64,000 nt of DNA, from positions 1,728,001 to 1,792,000 of the forward strand of contig OZ252239.1 of assembly GCA_965249485.1 (NCBI GenBank), given 5' to 3'. Made by a program: the position numbers and the translations under genes. Below, piece by piece: positions 44,215 through 56,700 of the stretch; the first letter of the stretch is position 1, and each line of letters opens with the position of its first letter. The notes beneath the pieces are model-generated. The model ran no database searches. It had not been told where the DNA came from and worked only from the letters and a program-made list of their open reading frames with translations. Source of the stretch: a bacterium. Its GTDB lineage: Bacteria > SM23-31.

Positions 44215-44568
44215 AGTTTTTTAATAATGCAAATTTGGGCTACGTTTTATTAGACTTTCATTGCTACCATTGACTGCTATACTCCAGACAGTTTCAAGGC
44301 CACGTTTGACTCTCACGAACGAACGCGTAAAAACAATCTCATCGTTGCCATAACCAGTCAGTATCTTCACTTTACCGTGTTTGATTTGAGAATTACTTTT
44401 AATAAGACTAGAATGTACTTATATATGCAACTTTACTGTGTAATAACCTTGTTTTATGCAAACCATTTATTACATTTATAATTAAATGAGACTTTAGATA
44501 CTTTGACAAGAATTGCTGAAAAATAAAATATAGTTTATTCTGAAAACTGAAATTTATTTTTAGGACAA

Positions 44569-44950
44569 TTTAGTGCAAAAAAAATACTAATTGTAGATGA
44601 TGATACCGGTGTTCTCGCATTATTAGGTGCGTTTTTCGATATACAGGGATTTATAGTGAGGACGGCAACACGTGGTAAGGAAGCATTAAAAATTTTAAAG
44701 AGTGAATCATTTAAAGTGATGATCCTTGACATTACTATGCCTGATATGAGTGGCATCGATGTGTGCAAAAAAATTAGAGAAGAAAAGTTAGATATATATA
44801 ATAGGTTTTTCCGGTTTAATGGAAACGTTCGATAGTGAAGAACTAAAGAAAATCGGATTTAATGCATGTTATAAAAAACCAGCTGAGTTATCCGCGGTCC
44901 TCGATGCTGTGAATACCGGTTTTGATAGTTTTGATAGCGGGCAGGAATAG
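44569..44950 (+). pseudogene. Single-domain response regulator pseudogene, paralog of 49466-49843
   Basis: SAKKILIVDDD..TRGKEAL..ILDITMPDMSGIDVCK; start codon lost and a frameshift near 44800. Confidence 0.75.
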
Positions 44951-45041
44951 ATGATGCATTGCGGCATAGCATTCGTGCGATGTTTCCTTATTGCCATAGT
45001 GCTTTAGAATGGTTTACTAAAAACATTCAACAGAATACATG

Positions 45042-45913
45042 TTACAATCGCACGCCTATTCCGAAGGTAAAATCCACACCGGTTAAATCAATAGAATTTT
45101 TCTCTGCATCCTGATTATCAAACTTTTGTAATCCTTGAGCATATCGGAATCGTAGACTGGATTCGATGAAGAATTGTTTGAATCGATTGAACCTGATACC
45201 AAAATATGCCTGGCCACCGTAATGTATTTCAGTATTTGATTTATTGCTTCCTCCTCTAAACCTGATAAAAGAACCTGGGATATTGTTGGTGCCATCTTTG
45301 ATCAAAATTTCTATCGGAATACCAATCATGGATCCCACAGGATTAAAATATAATCCCTCAAATGATCCTTGACTTTTAAAACTGTTAATTGCAAGTAATG
45401 GTCCTAATCCAAAAAAAGGTGAAATCAAACTATCATTCCCTTTAAAATAATGTTCGAAGGAAATTCCTATTGGTATAAATCTCACATTCCATTTCTCAAT
45501 ATCTTTCTGTATAGACATAATATTATAGTTATTTACACTTACATTATGCAGTGAAATGCTACTATACTCGATTCCAATAGCTATACTGTTTTTCCGGTTA
45601 ATGTTATATTTAAATTCAAATTTCTTCCTATTGTACCCTTTTTGTAAGAAATAATATCTTTCCCACTTGAATGAAATGGACCGCCAAGCTCAACAAAATC
45701 ACGAAAATTATTTCTTGATATATGAAATCGGCCTGTTTCATTGGTTAGAATTCTATCGTCAAAAAAATCGCTTAAACTATTAAGCGGCACGTAACCACCA
45801 CCTATACTAATAGAGAACTTTTTGTCCTGAGCAAAAACATTACCCATACTAAAGATTACCGCAAATACTATGCAAAAAGTGACTGACGGTTTGTGCAATT
45901 TCAAACTGTTCAT
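45042..45913 (-). CDS. Outer-membrane beta-barrel protein, frameshifted
   Basis: Signal peptide AQD, SISIGGGY, FIPIGISF..PFFGLG, C-terminal FGIGVRL; ORFs 45581-45952 and 45042-45518 join. Confidence 0.65.
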
Positions 45914-45982
45914 AGTCTCTCCTGTAACTATACGTGTTCTTACGACATACATACAACCGATTTTTGTTGCGGTTTTGGTTTT

Positions 45983-47431
45983 TCAATTCCTTATAGGGAT
46001 TGCAACAGAAACCTGGTGTGTAACCACGAAAGTATCCTCCAAACCCAGAGGACCACTGGGTGCCAGGACAAAGTCCCCTGCACCAAGTGATGAAATTAAA
46101 CCGGTAACGAAGTTAGTATTCTGCCGAGGAGATACAGTGGGTCTGCCCGTGCCCATAGTTATCAGACCTGTATAGCGGATAGGGAGATTCCTGAGATTCA
46201 GATTCAAGGACCAGCTGGCTGTCCATTCCAACCATCTTTCATTTTGTTTCCGCCGAAAATTCTCGACGTAGTCATACTGGTCAAGCTGATACCTGATTGA
46301 TCGAACCTGTATCCCAAGTTGATAACCGAAACGATTGCCTGCATCATGAATTCCAATCCGGAATAATTTGTTTGAAAACCGGAAGTCGTTTTCAATGGTC
46401 TTGCCTCCGATAGGGATATGCCCTCCACCGTTGGTTGTCACCGGTTCCGCAGCATCTGCCCAGGTATTACTCCATATTGGTTCGTAGACAAGATCCGCTC
46501 CAAACGTAACATTTTCATGCGTTTTGGAGAATCCGAAACCCAGGTTGTAGGCACTTGCGTCACCAGGGTCCCGTGGAATGTTCATGAGTTCGTAGTTAGG
46601 GATTTTTGGATACGATTTCCAGTTTCCCGTCATGATTCCGCCTAATCGCCAGCCACTATCCGATAGAGGCCGTACGTATCCGAAATGAAGTCCCACAGTA
46701 TTAGCACGGTCCAGATTATTTTCCACCCGTATAACCCGACTACCATCCACAATTCCATCATCATAGGTGACATCATGGTCCATGTTGAACCGATTAAGTA
46801 AGATAAGCACTTCGAAAGAATGACCTCTGTCTAACTCCCCGAGGAGCCCGATTCGAACATTAACCATTTCTCCGAACTGGTCAATTTTCTCGCTATTTGC
46901 GTATAAAAGGTCTACACCGTCTACAGCATTCAAACCTGCCCAAAATACACTTCCCGCGATAGAAATGTTAGAATCGGAGAGTTTCTTGCCGAGTATACCG
47001 GATGCATACATGTTATCTGAATATTTTCCACGTAGGAGTTGGGTATTATTAGTGTTATCCCCTTCGAGCTGCTGTATCGCCACGGAGAATCCGCCAAACA
47101 TATTTTCCGATGAGAAGAGTGTGCCGAGGGGTAAAGTTTTAGCGGACGCATTGTGTGATAATCTGTAGTAAACTGGTGAAGAGAACATAACGGTCTCCTT
47201 GATCCGCGTGCCTTTTGCCGGATTGATAAACGGATCGAGCAGAGGATCATCGATGGCAATTGAAACACTTCCCATACCTAAATTCTGTGAGGGAAAAACC
47301 AGAAACTGGTTGCCTGTCGCAATAGGTACTGTCTTGAGCGGAATGAGTTGTGCCTGTGTAATCTCAGGCAGAATAAGTATAAGAAACGATATGATAAGGG
47401 TACGATTGATACTACAAATCTGCTTTTTCAT
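45983..47431 (-). CDS. Putative outer-membrane beta-barrel protein
   Basis: Signal peptide, PFINPA hatch-like motif, alternating amphipathic strands, AGGAGG RBS. Confidence 0.7.
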   Translation of the reverse strand: MKKQICSINRTLIISFLILILPEITQAQLIPLKTVPIATGNQFLVFPSQNLGMGSVSIAIDDPLLDPFINPAKGTRIKETVMFSSPVYYRLSHNASAKTLPLGTLFSSENMFGGFSVAIQQLEGDNTNNTQLLRGKYSDNMYASGILGKKLSDSNISIAGSVFWAGLNAVDGVDLLYANSEKIDQFGEMVNVRIGLLGELDRGHSFEVLILLNRFNMDHDVTYDDGIVDGSRVIRVENNLDRANTVGLHFGYVRPLSDSGWRLGGIMTGNWKSYPKIPNYELMNIPRDPGDASAYNLGFGFSKTHENVTFGADLVYEPIWSNTWADAAEPVTTNGGGHIPIGGKTIENDFRFSNKLFRIGIHDAGNRFGYQLGIQVRSIRYQLDQYDYVENFRRKQNERWLEWTASWSLNLNLRNLPIRYTGLITMGTGRPTVSPRQNTNFVTGLISSLGAGDFVLAPSGPLGLEDTFVVTHQVSVAIPIRN

Positions 47432-47496
47432 TGCTCATCCTCCTACAATTTTGATATTTACATGAAGTAATAGACCGAATTGAAAATCGCATTGAT

Positions 47497-47525
47497 TGTA
47501 CGGACATGCTGACTTCATGTTACAC
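47497..47525 (-). promoter_or_regulatory. Possible ECF-sigma promoter for the 47431 gene
   Basis: GTAAC-N16-CGTAC on the minus strand. Confidence 0.35.
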
Positions 47526-47593
47526 ATATCCTATTTCTCAGGAATACATCATAGTCTGTTATTTATTCTTTGTCTGGTTTTCTTTAATGCGAT

Positions 47594-48337
47594 TTACCAT
47601 TTGCTGAGAGAAAACTTCAGGCCTGTGCCGATATCATAGCCGCTAAAATCGATTTGTACAAATTCTTTATCATTCAAAACTGTTCTAACATTGTTCAATA
47701 CCATTTGTATTGCATCTATATCTCTGTATCGTGCCTGAAAGACAATTGATAATCTATCTGTTATTCGCGTTTCGAAACCGAAATTCACATAGGTTCCATA
47801 GGTACTATCTTTATTTTTTGAGGATTGACTTTCTCTGCCTCTAGATTGCCTGTTTAATTCTTTGGATTTTACGATACCGATAACATAGGTCATTCCAAAA
47901 CCGATAAATGGAGTAAAATACCGGTTGAATGATGTGAATCGTCGTTCATATCCCAGCATCAACGGAATAGACTGAAAATCCCACCGATACTCATCTATAT
48001 TAGTAAGATATCCATGAGTTTCTTTTATTTTCGTAAATGTAGCCATGGAAGAAACAGTATTTACTCCAAATCTGACATCCTGATTTTCTGTAATTGAGTA
48101 GCCGATATCTATGGCAAAAAATCGGTTTCTATTAAATCTTTCTTTAGATTGCCCGTTATTATAATCAATGATATTGTGAGGCCAATCGTCATTTACGGAT
48201 AGATATGCCGTGCCAGCAGAAAGCCGGAGTGAAACCGGAGAATCTTGTGCATGCAGATATGATGGCAAAAAAACAGATATACCTAGTATAACTGTTATTG
48301 CGATTTGAAGCACCAGGATGGAAAAAAGTTTTCTCAT
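47594..48337 (-). CDS. Outer-membrane beta-barrel (OmpA/OmpW-like, ~8 strands)
   Basis: Signal peptide, IPLMLGYE..TPFIGFG, QARYR, C-terminal GLKFSL. Confidence 0.75.
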   Translation of the reverse strand: MRKLFSILVLQIAITVILGISVFLPSYLHAQDSPVSLRLSAGTAYLSVNDDWPHNIIDYNNGQSKERFNRNRFFAIDIGYSITENQDVRFGVNTVSSMATFTKIKETHGYLTNIDEYRWDFQSIPLMLGYERRFTSFNRYFTPFIGFGMTYVIGIVKSKELNRQSRGRESQSSKNKDSTYGTYVNFGFETRITDRLSIVFQARYRDIDAIQMVLNNVRTVLNDKEFVQIDFSGYDIGTGLKFSLSKW

Positions 48338-48374
48338 TGGATTCTCTTACACCTATTCGAAACAATGTAATCGA

Positions 48375-49133
48375 TCACTCCTGAAAATATGGAGTGTTCC
48401 ACTGTATGCCCGCAATGAAAGAATACCCACTGAAATTATAACTTAAATTTGTTCTATTTTTCCCCGTTTTCCCCGGAATTGAGGAATTTGTGGTCACAGG
48501 ATCTATGTTTCTATAGTGTGCCTGTACCAGAAACGATACGCTACCTGAGATTTTTGTTAACAATCCGATTTTTGTATATATACCGTAGACATTATCACTG
48601 CGCAGATTTGTGGTTGTATCTACCCAGGGAGGTTCTCCTTCATATACGGATACGTAATCAATACTTTCAGATATGTCGCTCATAAGATAGGTCATGCCAA
48701 TTCCAGCTATGGGAGTAAATCGTTTCAAAAAGGAGGGAGTTCTGTATTCATAACCAAGGGATATGGGTACAATGTGAAATTTCCATACGCCATCAGCAGC
48801 TTTAGACGGATTACAGGGACCAATAAGACAAGAAGGAAAATCGAAATAATCCATAGAAGATTTCGTGGAGGTGTATGCAGATTCGAAAGAGAGAAAGTGG
48901 TTTTGTGTGAAAGCGAATAGTGCCTCAATACTATAAAGAGAGTTTGATCGTTGTTTTTTATAAGTATCCAGGTTTGGTTGACGAATATTATTATACGAAT
49001 TTAATCTCCATGGGATTTCAGACATTCCTGATGTTAATCGGAAGGACAATCGTGATGTCTGGGCGTAGAGAGACGAAGAGAGAAATATACCGATAATAAA
49101 GATGAGACTACTAAACATTCGAATTGATCGCAT
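48375..49133 (-). CDS. Outer-membrane beta-barrel, paralog of 47594-48337
   Basis: VPISLGYEY..RFTPIAGIGMTY, YGIY, QAHYRNID, FSGY..AGIQW. Confidence 0.75.
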   Translation of the reverse strand: MRSIRMFSSLIFIIGIFLSSSLYAQTSRLSFRLTSGMSEIPWRLNSYNNIRQPNLDTYKKQRSNSLYSIEALFAFTQNHFLSFESAYTSTKSSMDYFDFPSCLIGPCNPSKAADGVWKFHIVPISLGYEYRTPSFLKRFTPIAGIGMTYLMSDISESIDYVSVYEGEPPWVDTTTNLRSDNVYGIYTKIGLLTKISGSVSFLVQAHYRNIDPVTTNSSIPGKTGKNRTNLSYNFSGYSFIAGIQWNTPYFQE

Positions 49134-49465
49134 GATGCTTGATTACTCCCGCTTATATAAATAGTTTGCAGGTAATGAATTATATTAGAGCAATAACTAT
49201 TCCAAAAGAAACTTTCATTTTTACAACATCCTAACTACTAAATAAACAATAGCTTACTGTTTACACCTTCACTATCATTATGAACAATAGTGCAATAATT
49301 TGCACTGCAAAAATTGTTAGTTTCAGATTGTTCTCCTTAATTTACAAAATAACTTGATTTTTATTCGAAAATTGCATTATTTACGCTATACCTTTCACAA
49401 AGGTTTATTCAATGATTTACTTATATTACTTGTATTGAAATCAATATTTATTAGGGTTTTAACAA

Positions 49466-49843
49466 ATGTGTGCAAAAAAGATACTTTTAGTTGATGATGA
49501 TGTTTTTGTTCTCGATGCTTTTTCTATATATCTTAAATCAAAGGGATATGATGTCAAGGTGACAACACGTGGCAAGGAGGCCTTTACAATAGTAAGGAAT
49601 GAACCATATAAGGTTGTCATTCTTGATATTAATATGCCCGATCTGAATGGTATCGATCTGTGCAAAATGATACGGAAAGAAAATCTCGATGTTTATATTA
49701 TTAGCTGTTCCGGAGCATCGGCGTATTATGATAAAGATGAATTAGAAAAAGTTGGCTTTGATGTTAATCTCGATAAACCGATGAGTTTTTCAGTACTTCA
49801 GCAAGCTGTGGATGAGGCTTTTAAAAGAGTTACAAGCTCGTAA
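49466..49843 (+). CDS. Single-domain response regulator (CheY-like)
   Basis: ILLVDDD, ILDINMP, SCSG, LDKPM. Confidence 0.88.
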   Translation: MCAKKILLVDDDVFVLDAFSIYLKSKGYDVKVTTRGKEAFTIVRNEPYKVVILDINMPDLNGIDLCKMIRKENLDVYIISCSGASAYYDKDELEKVGFDVNLDKPMSFSVLQQAVDEAFKRVTSS

Positions 49844-49903
49844 CTATATGATGTTTCCCGGGTACTCTCTTCATGATCAATTGGCTGTACAGGACGGAAC
49901 TTC

Positions 49904-50117
49904 GAATCAGTTCCTGAGCAGACACGTGGTGCAGTCACAGTAAAAGGGGGGCGGACGTAGTGTGAGACACATGTCGGGGAGGGATAAGTAGTCGTACAGT
50001 ATATACAATGTGTAACAATAATATTTTGGATAGCAAAAAAGGGCAGCGCGTGAACCACCGCTGCCCTTTTTTCTTACGTCACAACAATTACTTAATCAGT
50101 AGTAGTTTCCGTGCCAT
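49904..50117 (+). repeat. ~210-bp repeat, copy 1 (non-coding segment, terminator and last codons of the CTD gene)
   Basis: Aligns with 59859-60071: tcagttcctga, cacagtaa, gtagtgt.agacacat, aatattttggatagcaaaaaagggcagcgc. Confidence 0.85.
50035..50072. terminator. Bidirectional intrinsic terminator
   Basis: AAAAAA-GGGCAGCG...CGCTGCCC-TTTTTT between convergent genes. Confidence 0.85.
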
Positions 50118-53100
50118 AGTAAAGTCGTTGATCTGGAGTTTGTAGATGTAGACACCGCCGGAGACGGGGATACCTCCGTTGTTAGTGGCATCCCAGATGA
50201 TGGTGTGTTCACCCGCTGTCTGAACAATATTCACGAGGGACTTCACTTCCTGACCAAGGACGTTGAAGATGGTCAGACGTGCAAGCCCGGCTTCCTTAAT
50301 GTGGTATTTGATCGTGGTTGTCGGGTTGAACGGGTTCGGGTAGTTCGGAAGGAGGTCGTACGTGCCGACGATACCGATTCCAGCAGCACCCGAATAGACG
50401 AACCGGAGTGCCGAGATGGCACCATTGATGATCAGTTCGTTCTGCTCAGCCATGTCAACGTCGCTGAAGAGCGAACCGCCGAGACCATCGGTCAGAAAGT
50501 AGATTCCGGCAGCAAGTTCGGTATTATCCCACCTGAGGACTGTTGATTGGTTATTCTCAGGGAGTGTCAACCTGATGAGCGTCTCGTAGGGATTAAACTC
50601 ATTCACATAGAGCTTGTCAGATCCGTTTGTGTTCTCGTAGGCAAACCGTGCGGAGAACTGCTGATACGGCGCCCGGGGGCGGCAACTCAAATTGTTCATT
50701 AATGGATTGGTCTCCGTCATTTCCGATGAGCAGTTCGATTTTCTCAGTACCATAGGAAGTACTAATATTAATTGGAATATGTTGCGCATTTGTAATAAAT
50801 GAATTATGCGGATTGTATCCCGATTGTTTTCCAGCACTACCGTTACTGAGTGTCAGAGATGCATCCGCATTCAATTTAGCCCAGTAACCAAGCCCCGGCA
50901 GCAATGAAACCGTTTCAAGGACATACTGTGAATTTTCGTATTTGTATATGGAAATAATACTATTCGAAGGATCCTGAACAATATCACCTAATGAAATGGT
51001 ATCGGAAATGGAACCGATCATATTCCACCTCATTTTCACAGATAGATCTAAGCTATCAACGCTTTCTACAGTACTCACCGTATTCAAAGCACTTGATAAA
51101 TCCACCCAGTAACCTATCCCTTCCGATAGTGTTGTCGAAGTACTAAATGACTGTGCAGTGGCATCATAGCTATATGCAGTCGAATCGGCAGGTGGAAAAT
51201 ATGCCACGACATTATTATTAACACTTGTCCCTGCAAGACTTACCAGATTCCAGCCTGCGCTATAATCCATAACCCACGTAGCGAATTGTGATGGACCAAT
51301 AATTATTTTGATGCCATCTACATTTGAATCGGTAATGGTGTGGTTTGTTTGAGAGCGCATATTGACACTTGTTCCAAAAAATGGTCCGGTCATTTCAATG
51401 AGCGTAAATTTCTGTCCTATATCCGGTATAGCATCCCAACTTACCGATACATTCACTGCACTATTGTCTCTCTGCAAACTAATATATTGTGTCAGAGTGT
51501 CGTAATCGCTGTTTTGAATATCTATGAGAGACCCATTTCCAAGGCTGTCATTCAACGCAAATCGTGTATCGAATACTGATCCCGAAAGAAGCGGAGGCAG
51601 TTCAACCTCGTTTAGCGTTGGATCAAACCCGATAGTCGCTGTCGGGTGAAAACCGAATTGCATATTTTTCGTAACTGAACCTTCTGTAAAATTTATATTG
51701 ACAAATACAGAAGATGTATCATTCGGTACTAATTGAATCGTGTTCAGTGTTGTCGTATCGTTGGGAGCTACATCGACACTTGCCGTATCAAACTGAGTAT
51801 AGTGTGTCTGCACAAATGAGAGCGAATAGGTGAGTGACGGATCGAGGTTGTGGAATGCAAATGTTCCGCTGCCGTCGGTTGAATCCTGAGCACTCGATGG
51901 CGAGAGATCGACCTGCACACCGTTCAGCGCCAGCCCGGTCAGCGAATCGGTCACCACACCGGTGATGGATGCGGGATACTGGGTATTTCCGACTTCCGCC
52001 GCGGTGAATGAGCTCGTTTCACCTGATAATGTAATTGCCCTGGTTTTGTAATAAATGGTTGTCCCTGTCGATAGGGATCCGTGCGTGAACGCCGTGGTGT
52101 CAGCTATCACCGTTAATGTGTCAAACGGACCTCCTACCGCTGAGGAAGTATCGATCTGTATCGATGCAATCGTATCACCTATAAATCCGCGGTTCACCAC
52201 TGTGTACGATGAGGTGTCATTCCCGGCGCTGATAGCCCGTAACCTGTAGTACCGTCCGGCGCCTGCCAGAACCGACTGTCCGCTCCAAGATACATCGATC
52301 TTATCGAGATAGGTGCTGTCGGTAGCGGTGAGACTTGTTGGAGCATTGATCGTATCCGGTGGTGCGGTCGAATCGTTAAACGATACTGCTGTTACGCCGG
52401 TTACAAGGCTGCCATAGCCTCCATCGCTATCGTCTGCCGACCGCTCAACATCATACGAATCAATGGTATCCCTGGTATATCCTCCGTTCACGAGTGATGT
52501 GTCCGAAGCAAGATCTTCATTAAATGCAACGACCTTATAGTATAAGGTGTCTCCATCTGTCATGGATGCAGCTGACCAGCTGAGCGCTATATGATTACCA
52601 AGAGTGTCGTCGGTAGCGGTGAGATTAGCAGGGTCATTGAGTGTGGGTTTGTCCGCGGCAGTGTCATCATAGGTCGTATCGGTATTTGAGGATGTCGAAG
52701 CAAGGTAAGAATAACTTCCGAGGGAATCAGACGTACTGAAAACCTGATAACTATCAGCATCTGCGACAACATTCCATGATACAGCAATTTTGTCATGATT
52801 ATCTCCATCGGTCGCCGTAACACCAGTCGGGGTAGACGGGGGCGATGCCGGGACAAGGTATTTTACTTCCAATCGGGGATGATTTGCAGCAGCAGCTTCG
52901 AAAGAGTACCAGTACACCATTTTCTTTTCATTTGTCGCAGGATTAAGATCATCAACCATTTTTATCATCATTCCGAAACTATCAGCTCCATCCGCCCACT
53001 CTTGTACTAAACCGGTGACATTAAACATTAATGTATCATTCATCAATAAACCTAGAGGAATATACCGATCCCCATAGCTTGTTGTCGAATCACGGTCTCC

Positions 53101-53547
53101 TCCCAGATGTGTCCAATCAACAGATGCAGTTGCTTCTACCCAGTTTGAAGGTGCTACAGTCCCAACTCCAGTTCCTTCAGTCCAATCCCTAACTATCCTG
53201 TTCACCTCTGCATCTCCTCCACTATATCCATTAGAAGCACTCCCTTGACCTTGGACAGTCATTATCAAATCTGCACTTACAATAGTTGCATTTAAGGGTA
53301 TTGTGTCCACTGAATTAAATTTAATCTCAGTCCGGTGGACAAATTGAAAAACACCACCTAAATCATATGAATATACTCCAGTTTCAGTATGCCCTCCATA
53401 GTTCTTTCCATTCGTGTGTAACCACGCGTCTATACCTGAATCATATGTTACCGACGTGGTATCTTGCCCGAGAGCACATGGAGCACTCATGAGCACCACT
53501 AATAGTACTGATATGGTGACACGTACATAACGATTTGAATATTTCAT
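50088..53547 (-). CDS. Large secreted protein (DNRLRE-like N-domain, FN3-like stalk, carboxypeptidase-regulatory-like domain, FlgD-Ig/T9SS-like CTD), frameshifted
   Basis: Signal peptide, NYGG..IKF..IP.NATIVSA.L..PRLEVKY, PTGVTATDG. An extra base near 50675 splits PPPAPYQ; ends NYPNPFNPTT...RKLLLIK. Confidence 0.8.
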
Positions 53548-53711
53548 GATTTCCTCCTCAATACATTAATGATTAATGGTTGGTTATAAAAATTACGTGG
53601 TAATCCTCTCTTCATTTCACCATACGCATTCTCCTTGTTGTTGTGAGATTGTGTGATGTTTTTCTCGTATTGCGCCACTGTTTGTCTCTTCCTTCCCATT
53701 GAGTTTGAACG

Positions 53712-53750
53712 AAAAAAAATAGGGAGTAATGGCGTATTACTCCCTATTTT
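53712..53750 (-). terminator. Intrinsic terminator
   Basis: AAAATAGGGAGTAAT..ATTACTCCCTATTTT with a T tract on the minus strand after the 53764 stop. Confidence 0.8.
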
Positions 53751-53763
53751 CGTGTTGGTCAGT

Positions 53764-56700
53764 TTACTTCAGAAGCAGTAACTTCCGTGCCTTGGTGAAA
53801 TTGTTGATCTGGAGTTTGTAGATGTAGATACCGCCGGAGACGGGGATACCTGCGTTGTTGGTGGCATCCCAGATGATGGGGTGTTCACCCGCCTGCTGAA
53901 CGGTTTGCACGAGGGACTTCACTTCCTGACCAAGCACATTGAAGATGGTCAGACGCGCAAGCCCGGCTTCCTTGATATGGTATTTTATCGTTGTCGTCGG
54001 GTTGAACGGGTTCGGGTAGTTCGGGAGCAGGTCTTACGTACCGACGATACCAAGAGGAGTAGCACCGGTGTATACGAATTGGAGTGTCTCAATAATACCT
54101 TTCAGTATCAGTTCATTATGTCCGGCCATATCGACATCAGGGGAAAGAGAGCCGCCAAGCCCGTCAGTCAGGAAGTAGACTCCCGCAGCAAGATCAGTAT
54201 TATCCCACCTGAGAATAGTGGATCGGTTGGTACCCAATGAGGTGAGCCTGATAACCGCTTCATATGGCAGTGATTCTGATACATAGAGCTTGTCCGAACC
54301 GTTCGTGTTCTCATACGCAAACCGCGCGAAGAACTTCTGATAGGGTGCCGGGGGAGGAAGTCCGAGCCGTTCATTGATTGAAGCATTCCCGCCATCACCG
54401 GACAGAATCTCGATCTTGTCGCTTCCGTAGTCGGTATATATGTCGATTGGTAACCGGCTGCTCGTCGCGAGGATCGATGCTAATTGCTGAAATCCGCGCT
54501 TCCCTGCTCCGCCGCCGTCTTTTCGGAATGCTATTGTTTCATTCTGACTCAATTTCATCCAGTAACCAAGTCCTTGTCGCAGCGAGTCGGTTACAAGCTC
54601 ATATCCTATGGATGGATTGTTTTTGTAAATTGTCACGATACTGCCAGAAGGATCGTCAATGTCGGTGACCGCAATCGGTTCTGATATTGTTCCTACCAAA
54701 TTCCAGCCCGAACTCAGATTAAGAATCAGGCTGTCGATCGATTCTGCCGTCCTTGTGGTATCGTATGCCGAAGCAAAGTCAACCCAATAGCCGAGTCCCG
54801 GTGAAAACGTGGAATCGGCGATATACGAAACGCCGTCGAACGAGTAGGCAGGCGTGTTTGCTGTCGGGAACACAAACGCTAGTGTACTGTCGATATAGCG
54901 ACCTCCAAGACTTATGAGATTCCAGCCGGTTGCATAATTCATCGCCCAGCTTGTTAACGATGTCGGGCCGACGATTATTTTTATGAAATCAACGGCAGAA
55001 TTGGTTACCGCATGTGTCGTGTCCCGGAGCATATCGACGCTGTTCCCGGGCACCGGTCCCAGCATTTCAAGCAGTGTGAACTTCTGTCCGACATCCGGGA
55101 TCGTGTTCCATGTGACTGTTATGTTGTCCGCCGCATCCGCACGTGTCAGTTCAATATAGAAGAAGAGTGTATCGAATACGGTGTGGCGAATATCGATGAG
55201 TGACCCTTCACCCAGACTGTCGTTCTGCGTGAACCGTGTATCGAAGAATGCGCCGGAGACCGGTTTCGGGGGCAGTTCGACTTCTCCAAGATCGGAATCA
55301 ATGGCCAGAGAACCGATGGGATGAAATCCGAACTGGAGCTGATTCGTTGTCGAACCGTCGTCAAGGTCAATGTTTACGAGGACCGCGGACGAATCACCGG
55401 GAGCGAGCACGAGTGTATCAAGCACGGTCGTATCTGCGGGTGTCGTGATAATTGGTGAGACACTCGCGGTTTTGTAGAATGTCTTCGTAAACTGTGCCGT
55501 ATAATTGCTATCCGGCGGTGCATTTACTAAGTATGAACCGCTTGCACTTGTATTATCCGAGAAATTACCCGGTGTTATAGTGACCAAAACTCCCGGGAGG
55601 GCTTTACCGGTAACAGAATCGATAACGACTCCTGAAACAGAACTCGGAAATTCGGTATTACCCGATTCTGCAGTGGTAAATGAGCTTGAGTCATCCGAAG
55701 ATGAAATAGCCCGGAGTTTGTAATAGATGAAGTCTCCGCTTGGGAGTGGTTCGTGCGTGTATTCCGTGGTGTCGGCAATCACCGTTTTCACGGTAAACGG
55801 CCCTCCAACCGCGGTAGATGTGTCGATCTGTATCGATGCGATGGTATCATCGGTAAATCCACGGTTACCTGCGGTAAACAGCGAAGTATCACCTCCCGCA
55901 AAATCCGCCCTTACTTTGAAATACCGCCCGGCACCTGCCGTAACCGACTGACCGCTCCAGGAAACAACGATCTTATCCTGATAGGTGCCGTCGGTCGCCG
56001 AGAGGCTCGAGGGAGCGTTAGTAATCGCAGGTAATGAAGAATCATTATACGATACTGCCGCAACTCCCGCTGCAAGTGTATCGTAGCCGGCATCGCTGTC
56101 GCCGCTCGACCGCACTACAAGGTATGAACCGAATGTATCGTCGGTAAAGCCGCCGTTCACTGCCGACGTATCGGACGCAACGGTACTGTCAAACGCTACC
56201 ACTTTATAATATAGTTTCGTGCCGCTCGTAACGGTGGCAGCGGGCCATGAAAGCGCTACATGGCTGCCGATCGTGCCGTCCGTCGCAATAACACTATCAG
56301 GTGCATTCAATGTCGGCGACGGTGCTCCCGTGTCATCATAGGTCGTATCATTGACAGAAGTTGTCGAAGTAAGGTATGAATAACTTCCGAGGGAATCAGA
56401 CGAACTGAATACCTGGTAACTGTCAGCTGCGGCAACCACGTTCCACGATACAGCAATTTTATCATGATTATCACCGTCAGTCGCCGTGACACCGGTGGGG
56501 GCAGAGGGAGCACCAGCGGAGTAGTATACGACAAGCATGGGACTAATTTCTTCATCACCATTTTCGGCCGACTTAAAAGTTGAATATGTTGAGGCCAGCC
56601 CAGTACGTTCTTTGAGAATCATTCCGTAGTTTGCTTCTCCTGAAGCACCTCCACTATCCCGATAATCAATCCAATCATTTACGAGTGACCCAAGCCCTGG

